DNA from: Methanofastidiosum sp.
GTDB lineage: Archaea; Methanobacteriota_B; Thermococci; Methanofastidiosales; Methanofastidiosaceae
Reading direction: 5' to 3'
Length of the DNA stretch: 64,000 nucleotides
Assembly: GCA_039679445.1 (NCBI GenBank)
Contig: JBDKUY010000017.1
Location: 4,065 to 68,064 of the forward strand
The notes under the pieces are model-generated. The model worked only from the letters and a program-made list of their open reading frames with translations, ran no database searches and was not told the origin of the DNA. Shown here piece by piece: positions 9,434-19,811 of the stretch; the stretch's first letter is position 1, and each line of letters begins with the position of its first letter. The translations under genes and the position numbers were made by a program.

Positions 9434-9640
9434 TTATTTTGGTCTTGCAATACCGCAAGAGTCTAGCTTGCAAGCATCGAATGCTTTGTTTACAGCTCCG
9501 ACTCCATATTTCGTGGAAATCTCTGCCAAAGCTGAGTCTATAGTTTTGCGCGTTGCAGGATTGCTCTTAGCATCGCCCATTTCTTCTCTTATAATTTCCA
9601 AAAGATCTAAATAAGTTTTTTCTGTTCCCATTATCTTCAA
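9434..9640 (-). CDS. hypothetical small protein (68 aa)
   Basis: ORF only. Small helical protein with C-terminal Cys pair. Confidence 0.3.
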   Translation of the reverse strand: MKIMGTEKTYLDLLEIIREEMGDAKSNPATRKTIDSALAEISTKYGVGAVNKAFDACKLDSCGIARPK

Positions 9641-9964
9641 CTCCAGTAATTATGCCATATAATACATAATCACATGTCATAATATGTTGTTCAATATATA
9701 AACTTTTCGTTGATTGTATAAAAAATAATAATCAATATCGGCAATTAGAGGAATACTAAAAATAGTTATACTTCCCTAATATTTGATGAAAATTATTAAA
9801 GATAGTAGAAATTAATAACAAATTTAAATATTCACAAATTAAAATTTAAAAAAATTGTAAGAATCACAAAACTATAATTTTGAACAATATCCTAATATTT
9901 TACTTTAATAAACTATCATCTCAAACTTAGAAGAGAATACTGCCGCATTTAATTTATAAAAAAG

Positions 9965-10049
<85 letters not shown>

Positions 10050-10052
10050 GCT

Positions 10053-10838
10053 TCAAATGGTTTCAACGAGATTTTTTAAATCGTCCAATTTTGTGGACAG
10101 CATGCCCAAAGCTTTCGAAACTAGATCATTAACATTCATATTCTCATAAGATTCAACAAAGAATATAAATGCGTCATTTTCATAAGATATTTTAATTACG
10201 TTTTGCTCACAGGCTTCTTCGCAAGCCCTACACATAGTGCATTCATAAATATCTTTTACTTTAATTTGATCTTTTTCTTTGTAAAGAATCTCTTTAGGGC
10301 ACTTAGGAACACATTCTTCACAAAAGTCACATTTATCTAAATTAAATTCAATTTTAGGAACATATTTGTATGCGGCGTTAGCTATTTGCCATTTAGCATG
10401 ATCCTCTGCAGTTCCAATTCTAGCAACTGCGTCAAACTTTAATTCCTGACCTTCCCCAAGTTTAGTAATTGGTATATCTTCAAGCATTGGATAAATGTCT
10501 GAATCCCCAGATACCAAATCCTTTGAGTAAACAGTACATGGCCCCGATTTTTCAAGAGACAAAGTAACTGAGCATTTTTCACATCCTTCTTTACATCCAC
10601 ATTCCTCAGGAGTTATGTAAATCTCGAATGCATTGTTTAAAGGAATTAAACCAACCCTATGTGCTATTATTTCATCAAAAACTGGAGAATTATTTTTATA
10701 AAATTTAAGATAGTCAACTGCCATAGAGGGCATTTCTGAAATAAATATACGCCTCAATGCATTAACTAATGGTACAGAAACTCCTCTGACCAAAAATCTT
10801 AATTCTCTATCGTCTTTTTTGAAAATTTCTATTTCCAT
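10053..10838 (-). CDS. rpoD: DNA-directed RNA polymerase subunit D (Rpo3) with 4Fe-4S ferredoxin-like insert
   Basis: N-terminal FLVRGVSVPLVNALRRI. The Cys-rich insert is CGCKEGCEKCS...CDFCEECVPKCP...CTMCRACEEAC. It sits downstream of S11 as in archaeal clusters. Confidence 0.9.
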   Translation of the reverse strand: MEIEIFKKDDRELRFLVRGVSVPLVNALRRIFISEMPSMAVDYLKFYKNNSPVFDEIIAHRVGLIPLNNAFEIYITPEECGCKEGCEKCSVTLSLEKSGPCTVYSKDLVSGDSDIYPMLEDIPITKLGEGQELKFDAVARIGTAEDHAKWQIANAAYKYVPKIEFNLDKCDFCEECVPKCPKEILYKEKDQIKVKDIYECTMCRACEEACEQNVIKISYENDAFIFFVESYENMNVNDLVSKALGMLSTKLDDLKNLVETI

Positions 10839-11233
10839 TATACTCTTCTACCTCTCTTGCCCCCTTTGGCCCTTGTACCATCATGAGGTATAGGTGTAGC
10901 ATCCTCGATTTTACCAATTCTTAACCCTGCTCTAGTAAGTGCTCTAATAGTTGCTTGTGCTCCCCTTCCTGGGGTCTTTGCCTTGTTTCCTCCTGGAGCC
11001 CTAACCTTAATATGAACAGCTACTACGCCCTTCTCTATAGCCTCTTCGGCTGCCTTTGCCGCTGCTTTCATTGCAGCATAAGGGGATGATTCATCTTTTC
11101 CAGTTTTTACTATCATACCACCTGAAACTCTGCTTATAGTTTCAGCACCTGTTAAATCGGTGATGTGAATAAGAGTATTATTATAGGAAGCGTATATATG
11201 GGCTACTCCCCATCTTCCTCCTTCTTTTGGCAT
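10838..11233 (-). CDS. rps11: 30S ribosomal protein S11 (uS11)
   Basis: [25 protein letters not shown] and C-terminal [18 protein letters not shown]. Confidence 0.95.
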   Translation of the reverse strand: MPKEGGRWGVAHIYASYNNTLIHITDLTGAETISRVSGGMIVKTGKDESSPYAAMKAAAKAAEEAIEKGVVAVHIKVRAPGGNKAKTPGRGAQATIRALTRAGLRIGKIEDATPIPHDGTRAKGGKRGRRV

Positions 11234-11769
11234 TAATTACCCTCCTCAATTACTGTTTTTTTCGGAACTTCTGGATGACTTGGATCATTTAATGACGATC
11301 TAACAGCATATCCAATTGAATTCTCAATTGCTTTAGGAACTAAATAGCTTGGGATTGATACTTTGGCACCATTTAGCATAATGTGTTTATGAACTATAAA
11401 CTGTCTTGCCTGTTTTGGTGTTTTTGCTAGTCCTTTCCTTAATACAAGTGATTGTAGTCTTCTGTCAAGAATATCTTCTAAAGACAATGTCAATACTTCT
11501 TCTAATGTTGACTCTTCTTTCAATATTCCATACTTCTGAAGCATTGTTATAAGGTCAGTAGTCTGCCTTTTTGATGCTTCGTCATGGCTAGCCAATAGTG
11601 CTCTTGCCTGCCTTCTTACATTTCTAAGAAAACTCAAAGCTTTCCATATCTCTTTTTTATTGACAAGTCCGTATTTTTTCATCAATACGTTTTCAGAGTC
11701 AATTCTATCTTTTTGCCATGGATGTGATGGTTTATCATATTTACGTCTGATTTTTTTTGGATCTCCCAC
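11233..11769 (-). CDS. rps4: 30S ribosomal protein S4 (uS4)
   Basis: [21 protein letters not shown]-terminus and an S4 RNA-binding domain. Confidence 0.95.
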   Translation of the reverse strand: MGDPKKIRRKYDKPSHPWQKDRIDSENVLMKKYGLVNKKEIWKALSFLRNVRRQARALLASHDEASKRQTTDLITMLQKYGILKEESTLEEVLTLSLEDILDRRLQSLVLRKGLAKTPKQARQFIVHKHIMLNGAKVSIPSYLVPKAIENSIGYAVRSSLNDPSHPEVPKKTVIEEGN

Positions 11770-11774
11770 TTAAA

Positions 11775-12230
11775 TCACCTTGCAGCTTTCTTTTTCTGGA
11801 CGCCTAATGAGGTTCCTTTTCTAAAAGAGGATTTTGTTCTTTGCCCCCTTACAGGAAGTCCAAGTTGGTGCCTGACACCCTTGTAACTCTTCATCTTCTT
11901 CATCCTGTTTAGATCTTCCCTCAATGACATTAATAATTTTGGCCCAACGACATGAACATTCTCGCCGGTCTCATAATCCTTTCTCCTATTAACAAGCCAT
12001 ACAGGGATACCATTATTTATAGGATTCTCAATTATCGTCTCAATTATCTTTATTTTTTCAGGTGGTATATTTCCTACTTTAGTCTTGGGAGATATACCTG
12101 CCACTTGGGCTACAGCCCTAGCCATAACTGGTCCGACACCCCTTATTTTCAATACGCCAACTTCAAAGATGTCGTTTCCCATTATGTTTGTACCTAGTAC
12201 ACGAACAATACCTTTTACTTCTTCATCCAT
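11775..12230 (-). CDS. rps13: 30S ribosomal protein S13 (uS13)
   Basis: IVRVLGTNIMGNDIFEVGVLKIRGVGPVMARAV. The start was moved to the internal Met (MDEEVKG), because the longer ORF would run into the adjacent tRNA-Ser. Confidence 0.9.
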   Translation of the reverse strand: MDEEVKGIVRVLGTNIMGNDIFEVGVLKIRGVGPVMARAVAQVAGISPKTKVGNIPPEKIKIIETIIENPINNGIPVWLVNRRKDYETGENVHVVGPKLLMSLREDLNRMKKMKSYKGVRHQLGLPVRGQRTKSSFRKGTSLGVQKKKAAR

Positions 12231-12243
12231 ATAATCACCATAG

Positions 12244-12328
12244 CGCCGGGGATGGGATTTGAACCCATGCACTCCAGAGGAGAACGGGCTTTCCAGGCCC
12301 GCGCCGTACCAAGCTCAGCAACCCCGGC
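12244..12328 (-). tRNA. tRNA-Ser (anticodon GGA), class II
   Basis: Reverse complement GCCGGGGTTGCTGAGCTTGGTACGGCGCGGGCCTGGAAAGCCCGTTCTCCTCTGGAGTGCATGGGTTCAAATCCCATCCCCGGCG. Anticodon stem CGGGC/GCCCG with loop CTGGAAA (U33, GGA), and a long variable arm. Confidence 0.85.
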
Positions 12329-12906
12329 TATGAAGCAAATATAATATTATATCCATATTTCTTCTTTATATTCACCTTTTCAAAGCTTTTTTCTAATCTC
12401 TCTTTTATAATATTTACGCCTTTTCGTATTACAAGTTGTAGATTTCCACCTTCATATAAATGTTTTGGTGCTTCATCTATCATAAGCCCGACTAAGTCCA
12501 TCCCCGATGATACCGGTGGATTTGTCAATATAATATTAAACTTATCAAGGTCTTCATAAAGGTTTCCTTGACTTACCGATGCGTTTTTTATATTATTGAG
12601 CTTTATATTCCTTTTTGTGAGATAGACGGCCCTTTTATTTATGTCCCTCATATGAACTTCCGAAACATAAGAGGATGCTACAACGCCTATTACTCCATAC
12701 CCACATCCCATATCAAGTACTTTGTGACTTTTGTCCAAGTCCATTAGTTCGCATAATGCCATAGTCCCTTTATCTACTTTCTTTGAAGAAAATACGCCTG
12801 GCGCTATGTCAAATTGATACATTTTTCCCAGTATCGTCTCTGAAATCCTTGCTATTTTCAATGGTGCTGTGACATCTTCAGAGTAATAGTGCGACATTAA
12901 TTCCAC
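12328..12906 (-). CDS. class I SAM-dependent methyltransferase, RsmC/MTS small-domain type
   Basis: VLDMGCGYGVIGV (motif I) and ILTNPPV (N-methyl motif IV). The stop abuts the tRNA-Ser 5' end. Confidence 0.7.
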   Translation of the reverse strand: MELMSHYYSEDVTAPLKIARISETILGKMYQFDIAPGVFSSKKVDKGTMALCELMDLDKSHKVLDMGCGYGVIGVVASSYVSEVHMRDINKRAVYLTKRNIKLNNIKNASVSQGNLYEDLDKFNIILTNPPVSSGMDLVGLMIDEAPKHLYEGGNLQLVIRKGVNIIKERLEKSFEKVNIKKKYGYNIIFAS

Positions 12907-13868
12907 GTCCTTGGATATGTTCCTGTTTCCATGAGCACTGTTAACGATTTTGCAACAATGTCTTTGTCTTTTTTTAATATCTCTTCTGAGTTCATTTCGG
13001 CTTCTGAAACTGCAACAGCTTCATTTTTAAGTGTCATTATAGCGACTGTATCTCCTTTTGAGATACCACTTTGTAGCTTAGATACCCCGGGAACAGTAAG
13101 CATCGAACCTTGACATAGTGCTTCTACTGCAGTATCCTTAATCCATATCTTCTTTAATGGCCCAAGTACAATTTCATAAGGCACTATACACTTCTTCAGG
13201 ATGTCCTCGTTGTTTTCTTCTATGGAGAAAACTTTTGCATCTAGAAGATCTTGTAGTCTTATTGTAGATTCCTCCCCAAATACTCCAGTTTTAGTTCTTC
13301 GGAGTTCTTCCATGCTTGCACCACACCCTAATGAGAGCCCCATGTCATAACAAAGCTTTCTAATGTAAGTTCCAGCGTCACAGCCAACTCTCATAAGCAC
13401 GTCTTTGTTTTCTATCTCAATTGGTGTTAGGTAATGAATTTTCCTAGTTCTAACCCTTCTCTTAACGGCACTTTTAACGGGTGGTTTCTGGTATAGAACT
13501 CCCTCGTATTCTTTTAATACCCTCATAAGATCATTTTTTGGAACATCCTTTTGAAGATGAAGCGTACAAACATATTCCTTGTTAGATGTCATTAAAAGTT
13601 TTACAAGTTTTGTTGCCTTCCCAAGTGTCACAGGTAATACTCCTGAAACGTTAGGATCAAGTGTTCCTGAATGACCAGCTTTGGATATGCCAAGAATTTT
13701 CTTTACCCAAGAAGTAACCTCATGAGAGGTAGGCCCTCTAGGTTTATCTATATTGACAATCCCCCTTTGCAAAAGTTCATTTAAATTTCGGTCTTCTGGT
13801 TTTTTCCCGTACCTAGAACTTGTCTTGTCCTTTGATTTGTATAATATGTCTCCATCGGACCCGTTCAA
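12897..13868 (-). CDS. cbf5: H/ACA RNP pseudouridine synthase Cbf5 (TruB family) with PUA domain
   Basis: NIDKPRGPTSHEV..GHSGTLDPNVSGVLPVTLGKATK matches the TruB catalytic motif including the catalytic Asp. The C-terminal part is a PUA domain. Confidence 0.9.
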   Translation of the reverse strand: MNGSDGDILYKSKDKTSSRYGKKPEDRNLNELLQRGIVNIDKPRGPTSHEVTSWVKKILGISKAGHSGTLDPNVSGVLPVTLGKATKLVKLLMTSNKEYVCTLHLQKDVPKNDLMRVLKEYEGVLYQKPPVKSAVKRRVRTRKIHYLTPIEIENKDVLMRVGCDAGTYIRKLCYDMGLSLGCGASMEELRRTKTGVFGEESTIRLQDLLDAKVFSIEENNEDILKKCIVPYEIVLGPLKKIWIKDTAVEALCQGSMLTVPGVSKLQSGISKGDTVAIMTLKNEAVAVSEAEMNSEEILKKDKDIVAKSLTVLMETGTYPRTWN

Positions 13869-14119
13869 CTGTACCCCTCTACCTTGGCCTTTTGTATGGC
13901 CTCCTTAAGGGTATCGTCAGATGCGCCTTTTTCGACATTAATTTTTACGTCCCAAGGCTCAAGATGTTTTATGTTGCATCTTCTCCTCTTAACACCTGTT
14001 AACTCCTTTGGTCCGGAAACAACAACAAAGTTTTTGTTTACTATTTCCACAATAACGCAGTTCTTATCTGCTTCTCTTCCTAAAAGTTTTGTACAAACTC
14101 TTCCTACTTCCATTGCCAT
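13865..14119 (-). CDS. rpl14e: 50S ribosomal protein L14e
   Basis: 84 aa, with MAMEVGRVCTKLLGREADKNCVIVEIVNKNFVVVSGP, an SH3-like fold. Confidence 0.85.
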   Translation of the reverse strand: MAMEVGRVCTKLLGREADKNCVIVEIVNKNFVVVSGPKELTGVKRRRCNIKHLEPWDVKINVEKGASDDTLKEAIQKAKVEGYS

Positions 14120-14134
14120 TAAGTCACCTCCAAT

Positions 14135-14677
14135 TTATACCCGGTCGCCCTTTGGTACCGGTGATATGTTATTTATGGCTGCAATTATGATCTGGCTTAC
14201 TCCTTCAGCATTCAGTCTGAGCGAGTTAATCACAAGATCATATGAAGCCAGATTAGATATATCCACATTATAAATCTTTTGATATCTATTTATTTCACTT
14301 TTTTCTCTTTTTTCTGTATCTTTAAAGACCACATCATAAGCGAGATTCTCCCTTTGGGATATTCGTCTTACCCTCTCCTCAAAAGGGGCGGTAATCCATA
14401 CACTCAAATCAGGGACAATCATAAATCTTGCCATTCTCCCTTCAAGGATTATATTATCCTTATTTCCTAATTCTTTCTGTCTTCGGTCTACTTCAATGTC
14501 AATTGAGTGATCTTTCTCAGCTAATCTGGAAAAATCCCCGAGAGACATACATCTTTCTTTGGCAAAATTCCTAAAAATATCTCCAGTGTAGATGTGCGTA
14601 TATCGAAGTTCCGTTGAAACAATTTTTGCTACAGTTGTTTTCCCACTACCTGGAGGTCCTCCGATAGTCACACGCAT
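14135..14677 (-). CDS. cmk: cytidylate kinase (archaeal type)
   Basis: P-loop GGPPGSGKTT, about 180 aa. Position between eL34 and eL14 is conserved in archaea. Confidence 0.85.
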   Translation of the reverse strand: MRVTIGGPPGSGKTTVAKIVSTELRYTHIYTGDIFRNFAKERCMSLGDFSRLAEKDHSIDIEVDRRQKELGNKDNIILEGRMARFMIVPDLSVWITAPFEERVRRISQRENLAYDVVFKDTEKREKSEINRYQKIYNVDISNLASYDLVINSLRLNAEGVSQIIIAAINNISPVPKGDRV

Positions 14678-14952
14678 TAAAGTTGTCCTCTTACGTCCTT
14701 TTTAATTAGGTCACTAGTGCACGCAGGGCAGAGAACTCCTCCAAATTTCCTCTCTGGTCTCTTTTTAGTTTTTGGTAGTCTTCTCATTTCGTAAGATCTC
14801 AAACCTCGTGGCACTCCACCAAGAATAGCTCCACACTCACCGCAATGAGGTGTTCCAGTTCTCTTTTCTCTGTAATGTGTTACTACTTTTCCAGAGGGTG
14901 TTCTCACTTTTTTTCTTTTTAAAGATCTTGATCTATACATCGGTCTCGGCAT
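14677..14952 (-). CDS. rpl34e: 50S ribosomal protein L34e
   Basis: MPRPMYRSRSLKRKKVRTPSG...CGECGAILGG...CPACTS zinc ribbon. Confidence 0.9.
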   Translation of the reverse strand: MPRPMYRSRSLKRKKVRTPSGKVVTHYREKRTGTPHCGECGAILGGVPRGLRSYEMRRLPKTKKRPERKFGGVLCPACTSDLIKKDVRGQL

Positions 14953-14964
14953 AATTTCTCACCT

Positions 14965-15528
14965 CTAAGCCATTCCCATTATCTTTCTAATTATATTTGA
15001 TACTACTGAACTTGTAAATATATACCATCCAAGCCAACCTAGCCAATCACCAGTCTGTAATCCAGCTGGACTACTCCTGTGAAACAGCTGCACAAGAAGT
15101 GTATCAAAAGGTAGTTTTACAACTACGGGATCCACAATATCCGCAGCAGGAGATTGTCTAAGCCATGAAAAGAAGATAAATATCGGTATCATAGTTATGT
15201 ACAGGGGTTTAAATGACATTGACATTAGTTTCTTTTGCATTTCGTCAATTCTACCTTTCCTTTTTTGAAGCTTTTTTATTCTGTTCTTATCGTTTGACTT
15301 TTGTGCATTAAGCATTTCTTTCTGGAATGCGGTAGTTTCTTCCCTCATCATTTTGAGTTCCTTTTGGTCTACAAGAAGCGCCTGAACTACTGTTAGGGTA
15401 GTTCCTATTACTATGGCTACCCCTAAGATGGCGTACATTGAACCATAAGCAAATAGCCATCCAAATGCTATGTCCAACACCCTATATATGGGTTCTAATA
15501 TGGCATCATATATACTCATTATTTCCAC
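14965..15528 (-). CDS. DUF106 membrane protein (archaeal YidC/Oxa1/EMC3-like)
   Basis: Three TM segments with a central basic coiled coil (KKLQKRKGRIDEMQKK). Conserved position directly downstream of secY. Confidence 0.7.
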   Translation of the reverse strand: MEIMSIYDAILEPIYRVLDIAFGWLFAYGSMYAILGVAIVIGTTLTVVQALLVDQKELKMMREETTAFQKEMLNAQKSNDKNRIKKLQKRKGRIDEMQKKLMSMSFKPLYITMIPIFIFFSWLRQSPAADIVDPVVVKLPFDTLLVQLFHRSSPAGLQTGDWLGWLGWYIFTSSVVSNIIRKIMGMA

Positions 15529-16902
15529 CTACCCTAAAAATTGCCTGAATGCAGGCATCATTTCACCCATTTGCTCCTTTGCTAGTTCCTCGTACATTCT
15601 ATAGACTATCCCGACTGTTAAAAGAATTCCTGTACCAGTACCAAGAGCGCCTGTGAAATCAGCAAATGCTGCAAGAAGTCCAACAAATATTCCCCCCATT
15701 AAAGTAATTGGTGGGATATATCGGTCAAGAACTTTTTCCAATATCCTAATGTCCCGTCTAAATCCGGGTATTTGCATTCCTGAGCCCTGAAGTTTTTTGG
15801 CGACTTCTCTTGGCCCCATGCCAGTTAAATCAATCCAAAGAACCGCAAACATAGCACATAGCCCGATAAATATTGGCAAATATATTAATGCCCTCAATGG
15901 TTCATTGATTAAGATTTCAATGCTTTGCGGGGGGGTCAGATAATAAATTAATCCGCTCTTTGGGCCCCCGTATTCATTAAATGTTCCAAGCCAATTGATT
16001 CCTCTGCTAGTTAAAATTCTAGCAAATAGCTGAACATTTGCAAATAATGCTGCTGTAAGAATGACTGGAATATTTGAAGCATATAAGAACTTTATTGGAT
16101 ATCTCCCTCTTGCTCCCCGGAACTTACCATAAGATAGAGGTATTTCTAATCTCATACCCTCAGCATATACTACAATTGCGAATACAACTAGCGTGAAGAA
16201 CACTTGGGTTATATCCGGGAGAAGACCTCCTCTAATCCAAACAGGCTGCCCATCTATAAATGATTTTATAAATGCAGGTATGGCCCCGATAAACTCATCA
16301 GGATTTATCGGTGACTTGGCAAAACTGAATGCCTCCCATAATATTCTCTGAGAAACATTTGCTGCTATGAATAAAGAAATACCAGAACCAAATCCCCACT
16401 TGGTGACAACTTCGTCCATCATTAATACTAAAAGTCCACCTATCGCAAGTTGTACTATCATAAATCCTATCAAAAAGGAACTCTCAGGCCTGCCAAATGC
16501 ACCCCCTAATATCCATATTGTGGCTTCAAAAAAACATAGAAAAATTGCTAGAATCTTTTGGGTACCCTGGAAAGTTGCCTTTCCTTTAGGTGTTGAAAGG
16601 TCAAATTTTATAATCTCTGATCCTGCTAGTAATTGCATTATAATTCCTGCGGTAACAACTGGTCCTATACCTAAGGTTAGAATTGAGCCATTTTCTCCTG
16701 CCATAATGGCCCTAAGGCCTGCAAAATAATCAATCTGGCTACCAGTTATCCCATAGATAGGTACCTCAGCAAGTATGAAGTAGATGAATAACATCAATCC
16801 GCTCCAGATGAGCCTCTTCTTTAGATTAATACGCTTTATAGGTAATGTAACCTCAGGTAAGAATCTAAATATACTTTGCTGAAATCCTTCAATGGCCGCC
16901 AT
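15529..16902 (-). CDS. secY: preprotein translocase subunit SecY
   Basis: 457 aa, 10 TM, with characteristic GITGSQIDYFAGLRAIMAG and plug/hinge segments. Confidence 0.95.
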   Translation of the reverse strand: MAAIEGFQQSIFRFLPEVTLPIKRINLKKRLIWSGLMLFIYFILAEVPIYGITGSQIDYFAGLRAIMAGENGSILTLGIGPVVTAGIIMQLLAGSEIIKFDLSTPKGKATFQGTQKILAIFLCFFEATIWILGGAFGRPESSFLIGFMIVQLAIGGLLVLMMDEVVTKWGFGSGISLFIAANVSQRILWEAFSFAKSPINPDEFIGAIPAFIKSFIDGQPVWIRGGLLPDITQVFFTLVVFAIVVYAEGMRLEIPLSYGKFRGARGRYPIKFLYASNIPVILTAALFANVQLFARILTSRGINWLGTFNEYGGPKSGLIYYLTPPQSIEILINEPLRALIYLPIFIGLCAMFAVLWIDLTGMGPREVAKKLQGSGMQIPGFRRDIRILEKVLDRYIPPITLMGGIFVGLLAAFADFTGALGTGTGILLTVGIVYRMYEELAKEQMGEMMPAFRQFLG

Positions 16903-17357
16903 TAATTGTCACCTGTAATTACAGCTTCTCCTCCGGCAGATAAGATTTTTTCCTCTGCCTTTTTAGAGAATTCGTTTGCTGTTATAACATAAACCCCTTT
17001 TACGTTTCCTTTTCCACATACTTTTTTAACGCCTAGTTTTGAAACATCAACGTATATTTTTCCATCCTTCTTTTCAGCAATGTTCTTATCAATTAAGGAG
17101 TTGAGCTTTTCTTCAATAGCTCCAACATTTATGAATGATGGATCTTTTCTTAAATAAGAATCTCTAGAAAATCCATAGGCACCGATGTGACCAGGCATTG
17201 TAATTATCGTTCTTGTCCATTTTGTTTTCTTTTTCTTACCGCTTCCAGCAAGTCCTCTTCCACCTCTATGACCTGCGCCCCTTCTTTTCTTAGAGCAGCC
17301 ACCGCCACATGTTCTAAATCCTCTCATTTTTGTACTCTTCTTTTTTACTCTGATCAT
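16902..17357 (-). CDS. rpl15: 50S ribosomal protein L15 (uL15)
   Basis: MIRVKKKSTKMRGFRTCGGGCSKKRRGAGHRGGRGLAGSG, a glycine/basic N-terminus. Confidence 0.9.
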   Translation of the reverse strand: MIRVKKKSTKMRGFRTCGGGCSKKRRGAGHRGGRGLAGSGKKKKTKWTRTIITMPGHIGAYGFSRDSYLRKDPSFINVGAIEEKLNSLIDKNIAEKKDGKIYVDVSKLGVKKVCGKGNVKGVYVITANEFSKKAEEKILSAGGEAVITGDN

Positions 17358-17367
17358 CTTAAAACAC

Positions 17368-17829
17368 CTAAATCATTTTTTGGATAAGGCCGTTGATTTC
17401 AATATCTCTTGGGCCTAAAGTTCCACCTAAAGTATATGGTTTCTTTGTTGCTTCATATCCCCTATGGGGTGGATGGAGTCTGAATACCTTTTTCAAATCA
17501 AGGTCAGAAAGCTCATTTTTAAACTCTAAGAAATCTTTACAAAAAGTTTCTAAGTCTTTTCCAGTCTTTTCCTTAACATACTCCTCAGTTATTCTAACAT
17601 CCCCTTCTAACCTTCCCCACTTGACTATGAGTTTGGATAGAGTGGTGGTGTCTATAGGTCCGTAGGTGACATAATCTTTTACTTTTTGTAGCATTCCTAA
17701 AAAAGACTCTCTATCGTCTATTATAACGCAGTGATTTGACTTAGTTAAATTAAGCATTTTTAGGGTATCTTTTATGTCGTTTCTTACATCGACCCTTCCT
17801 CTTACTCGTATAACAGCTAATCTGTTCAT
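17368..17829 (-). CDS. rpl30: 50S ribosomal protein L30 (uL30)
   Basis: MNRLAVIRVRGRVDVRNDIKDTLKMLNL, at archaeal length (153 aa). Confidence 0.9.
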   Translation of the reverse strand: MNRLAVIRVRGRVDVRNDIKDTLKMLNLTKSNHCVIIDDRESFLGMLQKVKDYVTYGPIDTTTLSKLIVKWGRLEGDVRITEEYVKEKTGKDLETFCKDFLEFKNELSDLDLKKVFRLHPPHRGYEATKKPYTLGGTLGPRDIEINGLIQKMI

Positions 17830-17837
17830 AATCTCAC

Positions 17838-18767
17838 CTAATTAGTATTTCCTGTGACAATACCTATGATCTTAATGTCTCTCTCTTGTGCACTCATTGT
17901 GTTTGTTTGGTAGAGCGCGTCCATTACTGCATTCGCAAAGTTAACTGTTGTCTGTGTTTGGCCATCGGTTTTTGACCATACATCTTTTATTCCTGCAAGG
18001 GATAAAATTTTCTTACCGACTCCACCTACTGCAAGGCCCAAACCGTTTGGAGCTGGCATTAAAGTTACAGCGACACTACTTGCCTTACCGGTTACTCTAA
18101 ATGGAACTGTGTGAGCTGTACCACATTTGCATTCCCAACTGCCACATCCTCTCTTCACTTGAATAACATTAAGTTTGGCATTATTGATTGCTTTTCTAAT
18201 TGCAGGTCCGACTTCTTTTGCTTTGGCCTTACCAATTCCAACATAACCATTTCTGTTACCTATAACAACCATTACTGAAAATCTGACTTTTCTTCCAGAG
18301 TCAGTCATTCTCTGAACCATATTAATGTTAAGGACTTCCTGATTATTCTGATCAGTAACTTCTGGTAGTAATACATCTACTATCTCAGGCTCCATTATTC
18401 TAAGGCCCTTATTTAATATCTGTGAAATATCAGTAATTTCTCCGTTTGCTACCATTCTGCCAAGTTTTGTCTTGGGGGTCCACCTATTTCCCATAGATTT
18501 TCTTTCTTCCTCAAGCCTTTTCTTCTCAGCAATAGATAGTTTTTTTATAACTTCTTCTTCAGAGGTTGTATCTTTAATAACGACATCTTCAGCAATTTCA
18601 TCTTCCAGGGAAGTTTCTTCCAATGCATCTTCTTCGGGGATGTCTTCAACTATTTCACTTGGTTCTTCAATTATCTCTTTGGCCTCAAGGGTCTCTAACT
18701 GCTCTTCCTTTACTTCCTCAACAGGTTCTTCGATGATTTCTTTTTTCTTTCTTGGCATTACATACAC
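17838..18767 (-). CDS. rps5: 30S ribosomal protein S5 (uS5) with 91-aa acidic N-terminal extension
   Basis: The canonical uS5 start [21 protein letters not shown] begins at residue 92. Residues 1-91 are E/I/V-rich low complexity but in frame, and abut the L18 stop. Confidence 0.85.
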   Translation of the reverse strand: MYVMPRKKKEIIEEPVEEVKEEQLETLEAKEIIEEPSEIVEDIPEEDALEETSLEDEIAEDVVIKDTTSEEEVIKKLSIAEKKRLEEERKSMGNRWTPKTKLGRMVANGEITDISQILNKGLRIMEPEIVDVLLPEVTDQNNQEVLNINMVQRMTDSGRKVRFSVMVVIGNRNGYVGIGKAKAKEVGPAIRKAINNAKLNVIQVKRGCGSWECKCGTAHTVPFRVTGKASSVAVTLMPAPNGLGLAVGGVGKKILSLAGIKDVWSKTDGQTQTTVNFANAVMDALYQTNTMSAQERDIKIIGIVTGNTN

Positions 18768-18768
18768 C

Positions 18769-19341
18769 TCATAGTTTGTCTATTTTAGTTTTAATCTCTT
18801 CAAACATCCCTGGTATTTTTGAAGGATCAGTCTTATTCTTTAAATAATTAGAAAATATCTTCTCTTTTAAAGATCCTTCAAGACCTTCATAATATGAGGA
18901 GATGTCCTCTCCCTTTACTCTGTTTTCTGGAGGGAATATACTTTCATCTACATTAACGTTACATCCTGCGTCAACGAATCCTTTCAAAGCTGCGTAGTTC
19001 CTTCCACCTTTTATGGACCTTTGAAGGCCTATATCAAGTATGAATTCATCTGCAATCTTTTTAGCCCTTTTACCACAAAGGTATCCTGTAAGGTATGCTG
19101 CTGGTGTGTTACCGCAGTGGAAGTTCCACCCCATATCTCTTAATTCCTTTGAAAAGGCTGTTGTGAGCGTCTTATCGCCTTCAAATGTAGAACTTACAAT
19201 TTGGATTAATATATTATTTAGTGATTTTCTTATTACGACCCTATTCTTTCCAGATTTGACTAAGGCAAGCCTTCTCCTATAGTTAGTCTTACCATCTCTT
19301 CTTCTCTTAAAAGGTACTCTTGATCTTGGTCCAGTTGCCAT
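18769..19341 (-). CDS. rpl18: 50S ribosomal protein L18 (uL18)
   Basis: [31 protein letters not shown]. The start was set at the internal Met to avoid overlap with eL19. Confidence 0.9.
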   Translation of the reverse strand: MATGPRSRVPFKRRRDGKTNYRRRLALVKSGKNRVVIRKSLNNILIQIVSSTFEGDKTLTTAFSKELRDMGWNFHCGNTPAAYLTGYLCGKRAKKIADEFILDIGLQRSIKGGRNYAALKGFVDAGCNVNVDESIFPPENRVKGEDISSYYEGLEGSLKEKIFSNYLKNKTDPSKIPGMFEEIKTKIDKL

Positions 19342-19345
19342 TGCT

Positions 19346-19807
19346 TCACCTCTTCCTCTTTTCCGATACAAGGCCGTGTTCTTTTATGTAATTACTCATG
19401 TAAGAAACACTTCTAAAAGCTCCACCTTTAGCCATCCTATAAAGTTTTCTGTATGAACCTTTGTCAATATTTTTGGATTCTCTTAATTCAATTAAAGTCC
19501 TTCTTAATGGCCTTATTGTATTAATCCATCTTCTCTTCTTAGGATATCTCGCAGTGGCTTTTCCTTTTCGGGAACCAAATCCACTCATTCTTCCTTTCTT
19601 TCTTTTGACGTGTCTCTCTCTTGCTCTATGTCTTGATATGCCTGCTTCCTGTTTCTTCTTAATCTTGCCACTATCGATTAATTTTCTGACATCTTCTCTG
19701 GTAATTGCCATAGAAATCTCAGGTGCACTGTTGCTGTCAATCCAAACTCTGCCTTCGCCGCATTTTAGTAACTGTGATGCAAGTCTCTTCTGAACTTTTA
19801 GATCCAT
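19346..19807 (-). CDS. rpl19e: 50S ribosomal protein L19e
   Basis: MDLKVQKRLASQLLKCGEGRVWID. The start was set at the internal Met. Confidence 0.9.
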   Translation of the reverse strand: MDLKVQKRLASQLLKCGEGRVWIDSNSAPEISMAITREDVRKLIDSGKIKKKQEAGISRHRARERHVKRKKGRMSGFGSRKGKATARYPKKRRWINTIRPLRRTLIELRESKNIDKGSYRKLYRMAKGGAFRSVSYMSNYIKEHGLVSEKRKR

Positions 19808-19811
19808 ATGA

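Noticed and set aside
9641-9964. 324-nt AT-rich spacer as a candidate replication origin or ncRNA
   Set aside because: No ORB/mini-ORB-like repeats, no cdc6/orc1 nearby, and no C/D-box (RUGAUGA...CUGA) or H/ACA features. It is most simply a promoter-containing intergenic region at a synteny breakpoint.
12231-12272. Longer uS13 start (MHGFKSHPRRYGDY...) at 12272
   Set aside because: It would overlap tRNA-Ser (12244..12328). The internal Met at 12230 gives a canonical uS13 N-terminus.
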